Part shown: positions 52,401-64,000 of the stretch, piece by piece | How positions within the stretch are numbered: position 1 is the first letter of the stretch | How the letters are laid out: every line of letters begins with the position of its first letter | NCBI GenBank assembly: GCA_002245135.1 | Contig: NGBS01000024.1 | Coordinates: forward strand, 1 to 64,000 | Length of the DNA: 64,000 nucleotides | From: Proteromonas lacertae | Taxonomy: Eukaryota | Reading direction: 5' to 3' | Position numbers and translations under genes: made by a program | Notes under the pieces: model-generated | Databases searched by the model: none | What the model saw: the letters and a program-made list of their open reading frames with translations, nothing else | What the model was told of the DNA's origin: nothing

Positions 52401-55400
52401 TACATGCAATATGACCATTTCTACATTTGTAACAAGTTCCTTCACAAATATGATTACATTCCAGTTTTCCTCTACATCGAACTTCACATTCAAAAGTCTC
52501 TGGTTTATCTTTATCACAACAATAATATTTCACAGCATGACCACATTCTAACTTCTTTTTTATTATCTTATAGCATTCAATTGATTCTAAGTTATTCTTC
52601 AAATGGCATTCAATATTCTTCATTTTATGTTTACAAGGAAGTGTTACTTCTATTTTTTCTTTGCACTCTTTTGTGCATTCTTCACCACATCTATTTTGAC
52701 ATTTGTGTCCACATTCCAATAGTCTCTCACATGGTTTTAAACAAGGAATATGACCATTTTTACATTCAAAACATCTTCCTTCACAAATGTGTTTACATTC
52801 TAATAAGGTTTTACATGGCTAAATAGATAGATATAGTAATATATAATATACTTCAGAACAATCAATTTCTTCTAAATTATTTCTCTTATAACATTTTATC
52901 TTCATTTTATGTCCACATGGAAGAGTCACTTCTATTAATTCATTACATATGTAGGTGCATTCTTCATTGCATTTGTTTTTACATCTATGACCACATGGAA
53001 GTATTCTTTCACAAGATTCACTACATTTAATATGTCCATTTTTACATTCATAACATTTTCCTTTACAAATATGACCACATGGAAGTTGAGCATTACATGG
53101 CTATATAAAATAATATAATATTTAATATACTTGTAAACACTGAATAGATTGGATATTTCTTTTCTTATAACATTCTACATTAGTTTTATGTCCACATGGA
53201 AGTATTACTTTAACTATTGCAGGACATTTATATTCATATTTTAAACAACATATTCCATTATATTCATGACCACATGGTAATATTTCCAAACATTGTTCTT
53301 CACAATGCTTTTCACATTCATCAAAATGACATCTCATCTTACAACTATGACCACATTTCATTCTTCTTTTACATATCTCACCACATGTTCCATCTCGACA
53401 GTATTTATCAAAATCTTCTACTTTTTCTATTGAATAGAATCTTTCTTCATGATTTGGACATACTAATGGTAAAATATTGCCTATCATATTTCTTTTAGTC
53501 AATGTTTCTTTTATATAATCCCATAAATCAGTTTCAGGAAATACACTTCGATTATGACTTCCATTTATTAAACAATCCATATTGCCAAACATAAATAAAC
53601 CATTCTTAGCTCGAGATAAAGCAACATTCACTCGATTTTCTACTCGACAAAATCCTATTGAATTTCTCAAATTACTTCGAACTGCACTGAATATGATTAT
53701 ATCATTCTCTTCACCTTGGAAATTATCTACTGCAATTATTCGAAACTTTTTAGCTGCTTCTTTTCCTAATAATTTACTACATTCTTCATATATTAATTGA
53801 CATTGACCTAAATAGAAACTTAATACTGTTATTTGTTCTGGTTTATATCCCACTTGAAGTAAATATTTCATAAAGTGAATTATCATTTCACATTCATGTA
53901 TATTCACTTTACTATGACTTTCTTCATCTTTTTCTTCATTTTCTGGTTCAAATATTTTATGATCAAAGAAATATACATTATAAACTAAACCACGAATATT
54001 TCTTCGATTTAAGGTACTTTCATGATCTTTCAAATCTGGATATAAAGATGGACATCGAATTAAATCAGATATTTCGGGTCTCATTCTTCTTTGAGTATCT
54101 AACATCACTTTATCAACTTTATTTAATACCAATCTTTCAAATAATGATCTGGTCAAATGATATTTATTCTCCAAATTGAAATTTACTACTGAAGGTCTTA
54201 ATTGTTTATGATCTCCAATCAATATCAAATGTTTTAAAGATTCACACATTAATGCCAATGTATGAGCTTCTAATACTTCTCCAGCTTCTTCTATTACTAT
54301 CACTTCAACTCCTAATTTATCTATCATATCAATTAATCTAGCTGCTCCTGTTGTTGTCATTCCAATCATTTTTGATTTCTTAAGTATAGACACTTCTTTA
54401 TCAAGTTTTAGTCTTTCAGATTCTTCAGATAGGTTTTTATACTTTTGAAAATATATTTGATACTTTTCATAAATGGTTGGGTAATGATTTACAACCCATT
54501 TATCATATAATGCATTTCTTTTTAATTGATTTAAAGACCATATTCCACCACTGATACTTACATTCATATATTCAAGAAATGTATTTCTATACAGTTTAAT
54601 ATAATTTGGTAAATATTCCTTATATTCTGAATAATAATTAGTAATGCTCATATTGCTTGAAATTCTTGAATATAAATGATAGTTAAATTCTTCCTTATCT
54701 TCTTCATGCAATTGATACTCTTCTTCTGAAAAGTGAATTTGATTAAACCATTGTTGAAACATATCTTCAATTTTTTCATTACTCTCTATTCTTTTATTTT
54801 GCTTCAATTCATTATACTTCATTTGATTAATCCATTTGAATATCGGATCATAAGCATATAAATGTGAAGCATCTTCTTCTTCTTCAACAAATGAATGAAT
54901 ATCAATTATGCTATCTTTCATAATATATTTTATAAGAATTGAATATGGAATGTATAGCAATGGTTTTAATGGTTTGAATCTTTTCAATTCAATCTTTTCG
55001 TCTAAACTCATAGAATTTGTTTTAGAAAACTCAAGTAAACTAACATATATACATAAAAGAAGCAGTGTAGAAAAAAATATGCTAAAAAGATATTGGTTTA
55101 TTTGATAATGATTTATATATATCCATTCTAGTATTTAATTCTTCTAATCTACGTTTTATCTATGAATAAGAGATTAATATAAATATACATCCCATAATCG
55201 ATTGTTCAATTCATCATATTCATGATCTTTAGCTTTTTGTCTTAATTCTTCTCTTTGCTGATCAGATAATAGTTTTATGGAATATTTTTCTAATATCTTC
55301 GATTTACATCTACTTCCAACTCGTACTAATTCGCCTGGTTTTAATACATCTGTAAATGTTTCTAGAAATTGATCTAATGCATGATTTGTATAACAAACTA

Positions 55401-57317
55401 CTAATATTGGACCATTGTATTTATGATTCTCCAATAAAATCTTTACAGCTAATGAACCAACATAGGTTTTACCAGTTCCTGGAGGTCCCTATATTCATAA
55501 TTAAATATATAGCATTATACTTGAACTAAACTGATTTGCTTTGTCAACATATTCTTCAATGCTTCTAATTGACTTTCATCTAAATCTTTACATTCTGTAT
55601 AACTAGGCCATGTTGAAAGAATTCTAAGATTTTCACGATTAGGAAATACAGAATCCATCTTATAAATAGTAAACATATCAATATATGAAGGATAAGAAAC
55701 AAATTTTAATCCATTTACTAAATTGGATTTGAATGGTAATTCATATTCTAAATTACATATTTTATTTCTCAATGACATTAAAGTGTATTTCTATAGACAA
55801 TCATATCAATATTTATACATATGCTTCAAAATATATTTCAGGAGATTCTGCCATTTGATAATTCAATCCAGATTCTAATCTGCAAACTGAATTTTCCAAT
55901 GATGTGATTATTTTTACTGTTATTTGAGGTCTTAAGTTAGATGAGTTTTTATCATCATCAAGAAATTTACGATTTGCTAATGTACACCAAATTAATGTTT
56001 TATAATTATCTGGAGTTATACATAAAAGTGTTCCAAACTGTAATCTTTTTCTATTTATATAAGAATATAATATTATTATATATACGAGAATCTCCATTTC
56101 AATTTAGGATATGGTTTATCAAATTCTATTTGATATAACATTCCATTTTCCATATTATAATCAAATGAAATACATTTCACATTCTTATATGAAAAACAAA
56201 ACATATTTCGATTATTACTTTTATTATTATTGCTAGCAATCTATATATATATAATAATCATTATTAATACATTTACTGTTTGTTGTAATGGTAATAATAC
56301 ATCTGCTCTTAGTAATAAATAATGAGTACTTAAATATTCTCTTGTACTTTTATAACCATCTAATTTATTATCTCTTAACATTGAAAATATCAAATCTTCA
56401 TTGGAATGTATTTCTTCATAGGTTGGAATTATTGGCAATCCTTCAACCATTATTGAATCTTCATCATATAAACTGAAATATTTATTTATTACATTATAAT
56501 ACTCTCTTACTTTCACTAATAAACAACTTTCAATTGGTTTTATCTTTTCTACAATTGATTTAATTGTTTTTACTTCCCATTTCTCATCTATTGTTTGTTG
56601 ATATAAAGATAAAAAACATAAGGATTGAACTAATAGAAAATCTTTTTGAGAATCATTCACTCTGTTACAATATTCATCACAGAGCTTCAATATGTATTTT
56701 GAAAAAACAATTCTACTAATTTCTATTTTACTAATAGTTTTAAGAATAGAAAGATAGGTTTTGTCTTGTTTAAAATGTTCATATAATATATAAAACAAAC
56801 TGATGATATGTTTTACGTCTTCTTCGTTATTACCACTCTCAATCACACATTGATATAAATGTTGATCAATCATCGTTTTTGCTGATTTAATCCAAAAAAA
56901 TAGATTAGTTTCAGTATCTTGTGGGTTATAATTATATAGTACTTCCATCATATAGTCCCTGGCTTTGTAATCAGCAAAATCTTTGTTATCTTTACCATTT
57001 TCTCTAAGACTGACATATAGTGGAGGTACAACATCTTGAAAAAATATCTTAACATCTTTTACCTCTAATCTTCTAGTTCCATCCTTATAACACAAAATTA
57101 TGTCCTCCTCTTTAATTGAGCTTCCATCATACGTTATTTTATTGATTTTACCACATAAATCTTTTATCAATGATTCTAAAGTAATTTCTTGGGTAATATG
57201 AAGATTAAATATATCACTCTCCAAGTAATGAACTTTAACCTTCTTAATTCTCTTTATTTTATCACATTTGAACCTTTTATTTGATTCGCGTGGTTGATAT
57301 TGCCTTTTTCTTTTCAT
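49430..57317 (-). CDS. ZNFX1: ZNFX1-like SF1 RNA helicase, copy B, with expanded NF-X1 finger array
   Basis: Same helicase motifs as copy A, frames intact given short introns, about 42 LxCxH units by manual count. Confidence 0.9.
50715..52995. repeat. Near-perfect 979-bp tandem repeat (~2.3 units) inside ZNFX1 copy B
   Basis: Identical ORFs offset by 979 (50861/51840, 51246/52225). Unit starts at 50715, 51694 and 52673, with a further partial copy at 49689. Confidence 0.95.
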
Positions 57318-57397
57318 AACAAACAAAAATGATAATGACTTTCACAGTGACAAGTCAAACAATCAATCAAACAACAAACAACAAGCAAATCAATACT

Positions 57398-58470
57398 CTA
57401 TAACAAATTATCTTTCTTCATTTTATCTCTCAATTCACTCAAATAATCATCTAATCCATTTTCGCCAATATTCTGAAGTTCTAAGGGTAATTGATAAAAC
57501 ATTTTGTCAGAAGGTATTATACCACTCTCTACTTCTACCACTTTATATATCAACTTATCAACATCAATACTGTTTAATTCTTCCCATTCAAATAAACATC
57601 CATCAACTGTTTTTCCATCATATATACCAAAATCTATTATCCAAACTTTCTTATTATTTTCAACATACACATCAACTGTATAATTATTTTCTTCATCATA
57701 ATTATCCTTTATTATTTTATTAAAGAATTCACTTATTAAATTTCTATATAAGTCTTTATCAGTATTTAGAAATTTATAATATGTTGAACAATATCTTTGA
57801 CTTATCCCATTCAAATTTTTATTCTTTATAAATAAACGAAATTCGGTTGAATGGTTAATATTATACCATTTTCTTAATACTAATGTTGGTTGTGGTGGTT
57901 CATAGGATGGATCTGATGTATATTCAAAGGGATTGAAATAATCAGAAGATAATTGATTGGATGATTTCATTAGCATGTATATATGACCAGGTGTATTACA
58001 TTGTAATGTTCCAATCATCCAATCACTATCTTTAGCTGCTGTCCAATTTCCTTTGATAAATACATTTCCATCTAACTCTTTTATTCCATTCAGAATTTCT
58101 AATTCTAATTCCGGAAATGTATATCTTTTATTCATCCATGAACTATTTGAGTTTGAATCACTTTCTTCTTCTCTTTCTTTATTATCATTATCATCTTTAT
58201 CATTTTCTACAACTACACCTTCTTCCTTATCTTCTTCTTCTAATGCAGATGGATGTTCATAACGAGGGTCATTTGTTTGAATATCTTCATATTCAGGTAA
58301 TATTATTCCATCTATTCTTAAATATTAACATGAATACCTTCGTCTAGATATTTTATATATTCTTGTGGTAAAAAAATAAACATTGAACGTATTGTATGCT
58401 TTTTGAATTTAGGATACCAATAAACTATTGAAGAATGAATTAATTGTAAAGGATGTATAGTAGATGACAT
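57398..58470 (-). CDS. CDC123: Cell division cycle protein 123 (D123 ATP-grasp)
   Basis: VFIKGNWTAAKD, MKSS, LVLRKW, EFRLFIK, ISQR and VWIIDF. Confidence 0.88.
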
Positions 58471-58595
58471 AATTTAATAACTATATGAAGATTAAAAATG
58501 ATTTTAATGATAATGGGGTTATGAAAAATTAATTTTTAAACACCAATGTTTTAAAAAACATTCTTTAACACTAAAATAATAAAAAATTAATATAA

Positions 58596-60413
58596 TTAAT
58601 CAATTCTTCTTTTCGATCTACAATAATATTCATTAATTCTTTCTTTACATGAAGAAGAAAATGAAAACTGAGGAAATACATTGTGATATTTATTAATAAT
58701 CTCACATATCAATAAATCAACACAATAATTCACATTTTCAAACTCCTTTTCTTTATTTAAACTTAACATTTTCAACTCATCATTACTAATGCAATCAATT
58801 TCTTTCATATATTCATCTAACTCAATTTGAAGGGTAGTTAAAGATTCAAGTAATGTAGGAATAGTAATTTGAATATAACCATTAATATCATATTGATTCT
58901 GTTCTATTAATTTTAGTAATATATTCAGTATTTCCACTATATTATTATAACTAAATAAAACCACTTCATTTTTAATATTTGGGTAGTTAAACCATTCATT
59001 CTTTTTATTGTTATTTTCATTTGTATTTCCAGTGATTATATCTAATTTTTTATCTTTTAGATATTTTTGTTTGTAAAATAATTTATAAATATATAGACCA
59101 AATGGTATTTTCAATATATACTCAGGTATTTTATTCTTATTTAACTCCAACAACTCATTACATATCTGCAAAGTGGTTGAAAATGAGTTTATATTATTAA
59201 TCATCACTTCACTCATTTTATACCACAATTTTGAGTTGATTATTTGACTTATATTAGAAGAATCATGGATTAATATAAATGAAATATATTTATATAAATA
59301 AGATTGAGAAAATTCATATTTCTCATAGTTACGATGATGATCTAATATCTTTTTATTTTTATTTTTATTTTTATTATCACTTTCTTTCAGTTGATTTATT
59401 GTATTTCTGTAATTATCGTTGATGATGTTATTATGATCCTTATATATTGTATTACATCTTTCATTTATATCAGATATGATATTAAATCGATTATTAGAAG
59501 AAGAAGAAGAATTTATATTCAAATAATCCACTAGATTATTACCAACTGGTTGGTATAATGATTCTATTATAATATTCAAATCATTCAGTTTATTATCTTC
59601 TCTTATTTCATTATCAATTGTTTTTAATAATGATATAGAGGTTAATACGATTTTCATATATTCTAATAGAATGTTCCAGAAGGAATATAATACAAAGAAA
59701 TTCATGTATAATGTGTAATACTTATAATAATTGAATTTTATAAATCTATAAAATAATATATATATATATTTATATATATATACAATAAGCAGAATAATGT
59801 TGGCAATATTGCAGTAATGAATGTGCTTTGTATAATATGTGGAATTTGGTTTATTATTCTCTTTGTATATCGATTGTCCAAAAATGAAGGGAATTCTATA
59901 ATATATTGTTTATTTGCGTAAAAAATAACTGTATCAATAACACTGCCTATTATTACTACTGGAATTGTAATGTATAGTAAGTTGTTTATATCAACGAATA
60001 TCAAAATTGTTAATTTGAATGTTTTGGAGTAACTGATTAGTGAAAAATTGAAAAAAATCATTGAAAATATTCTTGAAACTAATGTTACAATCTTCATTCT
60101 ATAATGACACTTATTTCCTTTAAATTTGTACATATATGACAAATGCAAATTCATAAATGATCCAATTGAATAAAATATCTAATGAATATATTTGATATAT
60201 AAATACTATTGAACACAAGAAATATGCTGTTGATTGAAAATTTAATATATGAAACATATTTCTAATATTCATTGATTCACACAAAAATGCAACTGAAATA
60301 TAATAAAAGATGATTAACAGAGGTAATTGCCAGATTAACGAAGCTGCATATTTAATAACTGCAGTATTGTTGACAAAATAGAATAATTTCTCTGTATATT
60401 CTTCTGAATTCAT
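58596..60413 (-). CDS. NDC1-like transmembrane nucleoporin, multi-exon
   Basis: N-terminal TM helices; C-terminal YDINGYIQITIPTLLESLTTLQ resembles the NDC1 D..G.VQ..LP.IL..L..LQ motif. Confidence 0.55.
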
Positions 60414-60522
60414 TTGAAATGATTAGTAATTAAATGTAATTCAAAATGAATAGAAGTGGTGAACCAAAAAAAGTTTCTATAACCCGAACAGTTTTTCGTT
60501 TTAAATTTGATATTTCTTTTTA

Positions 60523-63500
60523 ATGGAAGAAACTGCTGAGACACAACCAGAGCCATCTCCAGATAATCCAACTGAGCAACCAACTGATACAGTACAACCT
60601 CCTGCTGAACCACAAGAATCATCCAATAGTGAAACAAAGGAAAGTGAAAGTAAAGAAGAAACAAAAGAAGAAGTAAAGGAAGGAGAAGCTGCTCCACTAC
60701 CTGCTGAAGGAGAGAATACCTGAAAAACCAGAAGAATCGAAAGAAGAGGCACCTGCTACTGCTGCAGATAATACTCAAGGTGAAGAGAAGAAAGAAGAAG
60801 GATCAGAACCTCCTAAAGAAGGTGAAGAGGCTTCATCAGAGAATAAGCCAGAAGAAGCAAAGCAAGCAGAAGGAACAGAAGAAACAAAACAAGTTGAAGG
60901 TGGTGAAGCAAAAGAAGGTGAAGAAGCTAAAACAGAAACAGGAGAAACGAAAGAAGGAGAGGAATTAAAGGAAGGACAAGAAGGTGAAGCAAAAGAAGGA
61001 GAAACAACAGCACCTCCAAATGCAGGAGGAGGAGATGCAGCAGGTGAATCAAAAGAAGAAAATGCAGAAAATCGACCAGATACTGCTGCAACAGCAGGAA
61101 CAAATGAAGGAGGAGAAGTTCAACCAGTGGCAACAGAAGAACCAGCACAAGAAGAAGAAGTAGATCCCTATTTAGATATAAAAATGCATCTATTCGAAAT
61201 AATAAATAAAGAAAGAAGTGAAGTAAATGCACCACCATTAGAATACGATCCATACGTCTCACAATTAGGTGATAACCACTGTAAAGATATGTGTGAAAAT
61301 CACTATCTATCTCATTATGACTTAAAAGGTTATAAACCTTATCAAAGATATGGTTTGGAAGGATTAAGTGACCATGTGAGTGATAATATTGGAGGATTTG
61401 ATTATCCAGGATCAGATCCTGACAATACTACAAATGAAAGTATATTAAAAGCTATTGAAGATATTCATAATAAATATATGAATGGTGCAAGTGATGCTAC
61501 TAATAGACAAACAGTGTTGGATGTAAATCATACACATATTGGTATTGGAATGTATTTTATATATTTTTTTTTAATTTTTAATTTTTTTTATATTTATAGA
61601 TATGCCTTACCAGATTGTATCAGATTCACTGAAATATATTTAGATCGTTACACTGTCTTCCAACCAATCTCTAAAGAATGGTATAAACAAACACCAGCTT
61701 ATGTGTATGGTACAAGTCTCAATCCAGATTTAGGACCATCAGGTGCATTAGTATACTTCGATCCATTACCATCACCACTTAAACCAGGTGAAGCATCTAG
61801 AAAAGAAGGATATCCTGATTTTGGTGTAGATAAAGAACTCGTCGTTTGGCCTTGGGATATAAGTTATGATGCTTCTAATCGAACATTTGTATTTCCATTG
61901 AATTTAGAGTCAAAATATGGAACTTATTATATTCAAATATTTTATAATTTAAAGGATACAATTGCCTATGATGAACCTACTGAAGGTGCTAGTGTTCCAG
62001 CTCCACAGTCAATATTAGGAGGATCATTAGTGTTGGAATATAAACCAGATGATGATATACCAAAAGGTCCAAAAGAGAATCCATATGAGAATGTTCAAGT
62101 GAGAGAATTAGCCAAGTCAATGTTTGTGACTGATATAAAGATAATTGATAGTTCGGAAAATGTTCCAGAGAATTACGTTGATAAAAGTATATATATATAT
62201 ATTTATTTTATTTGTATAGTTAATGGAGATCCACCTGAAGAATCATGTCCCTTCCAACTAATCTGTTCCTATGATCAACACTTCGATCCAATCACTACCA
62301 TCACTTTACTAAGAGCACAGAATGAAGAAGAAGTAATCGAATTACCAGAAAACACTTCAGAAATAGCATATAATTTGGGAAGATTTGAAGAACCAAGGAA
62401 ATATGTATATTTAGCAGTTAGACGAGATCCTGAACCAGAAACTCAATTATCCGATATAATGTTATCATTTGGAGATACACCATTACCACCAGATTACTTT
62501 GAAATAGAATTACCTATACAAACACCAGTCAAAATCATATACAAACTGTTTGCACTTCCTAAGAAAGAAGGTAATGGAAATGGTGAAGAATATGGTGATG
62601 AAGAAGAGGAAGAAGATAAGCCAAAGTCACCCAACAGCAACAGTTCTGAAGAAAGAGATATGTTTGTAGATCCAATGGTAAGAATTGATGAATTACAACG
62701 TAAAGTAATGGAAGCACAACAGATTAATGCAGCACTCAAGAAAAAGAATGAATCTTTACAAAGAAAAGTGGTAAAAATTGTATCACAAGAGAATAACATG
62801 GATATGCAATTAACTAGTAATAATGCCGAAACAGAAAGAAGATATATGGACACTTTGGATGTATTGGCAAAGAATAATAAAGATTTGGAGGATCTACAAC
62901 AAGATTATGATCAACAAGCATTAGAAATAAAAGAGAAATATGATGATAAAGAAGCTAGAGCTCAAGAAATATCTGATTCATTTATGAAGTTAAAGAGAGA
63001 AATAGCAAGACAAGCTGAGAATTCTCATACGGGTAAACCAATTCCAGACAGAGTAATATTACAATTTGAAGATGCTGAAGAGAAGAAAAATGCAGAAGTT
63101 GAACAAGTTAGACTACAGTATTTGAATGTAGTAATGAGACAAAGAAAAGCAGAAAAAAGATTAAAAGAGAAGGAACAATTAGGAGGAGGACTACATTTAA
63201 TAGATTTTGAACAATTGAAGATTGAAAATCAAACATTAAATGAAAAAATAGAAGAAAGAAATGAAGAATTACATAAGTTAAGAAAGAAAACAACTACCAC
63301 TGTTCATATGTTAACACACACTCGTGAGAAATTACAGTTTATTGAAAAGAAGCATAAAGCTTTAAGAGATGATTTAGCTGATTTAACAGGTGTATTACAA
63401 GAAGAAAGAGATGAAATGGGTAAGAATAAACAGATTAGAGATAGAATGAGAATAAAGAGTGTAAATCTACATCGAGATCAAGGATTCTTACAGAATAAGA

Positions 63501-63628
63501 CTTTAGTAACAGATTATGAGAATAGAAGGTTGAATATTATTGCAATGAAGGAGAGAGTGGAAGAATTGAAATCGAAACATGCTTATTTAACTAAACAAAT
63601 AAAAGAAGCGAATAGAAAATTGAGATAA
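60523..63628 (+). CDS. CCDC96: CCDC96/CFAP184 flagellar coiled-coil protein with acidic N-terminus, CAP and MABP-like domains; one frameshift near 60720
   Basis: GLHLIDFEQLKIENQTLNEKIEERNEEL (DUF4201); CAP-like INKERS...HYLSH...HTHIGIG; two in-frame introns within the track ORF. Confidence 0.85.
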
Positions 63629-63724
63629 ATAATGTAGTTGGAATTGTAATAATTATTTCATTTATGTATTTTTTGAATTATATTTTTTTGTTATAAATAT
63701 GCTATATAAAATAGAGGGAAAATA

Positions 63725-64000
63725 TTATTCATTATTTTGATATTCTTCAGGAAGAACAGAATTTGGAACTGATTCTACAATATATTTAGCTACATCATCA
63801 TCTCCATGTGCTTTAAGTAGCAATGCCTATACAAATTATAATCACAACAAAGTCATACAACTGCACACTTTTGATATACTTTGAATTCTTTTTGACAACC
63901 AACTGTTTTAGCATTTCCTTTTACAAATTCATTTTTATACCTATTTATCACATTTATTATTCCAATCCATACCATTTTGCCCAACAATCTTCATATTCGG
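63725..64000 (-). CDS. Mdm35/TRIAP1-like protein, 3' part
   Basis: Spliced translation EYEDCWAKWYKNEFVKGNAKTVGCQKEFKVYQKC fits the twin Cx9C family. Confidence 0.7.

Noticed and set aside
1315..63293. Numerous short antisense or alternative-frame ORFs in the track
   Set aside because: Shadows of real genes or of AAT/CAA microsatellites, with no motifs.
7716..63628. Host-wide TAA/TAG=Gln genetic code
   Set aside because: Long host exons contain no in-frame TAR, and ABC, CCDC96, GH3 and CDC123 end in TAA/TAG at the expected positions. ORF breaks are explained by tiny introns.
17242..63727. Stop codons completed by polyadenylation
   Set aside because: Every gene traced has a genomic stop codon.

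Overview
Very AT-rich, compact eukaryotic DNA with tiny (about 26-50 nt) GT-AG introns. Several genes are followed by TGTTTGTT, which suggests a Blastocystis/Proteromonas-like gut stramenopile (inference only). The left ~6.5 kb is one arm of a Polinton/Maverick-like endogenous element. It carries a ~1650-codon protein-primed B-family polymerase, a retroviral-type integrase missed by the ORF track, a divergent orphan gene behind twin operator-like palindromes, and a hairpin-rich putative terminus. Polymerase and integrase are broken only by in-frame TAG/TAA codons (three in total, no TGA, no frameshift), each upstream of conserved core motifs and at positions where Gln fits. This points to element-specific recoding/readthrough or targeted CpA->TpA mutation. 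A MITE and hAT debris follow. Host genes: TSC2/RalGAP-like, UGT-like, NBD-only Hsp70, pseudokinase-LRR, LIN54-like, SHPRH, a bacterial-like GH3, a PDR ABC transporter, CDC123, NDC1-like, CCDC96 and TRIAP1. Two ZNFX1 helicase paralogues sit in inverted orientation, with PB1-like N-termini and very different, recently expanded NF-X1 finger arrays, and enclose a BTB-Ig-SPRY gene: a candidate innate-immunity island. Exon boundaries and counts are manual; no searches were run.
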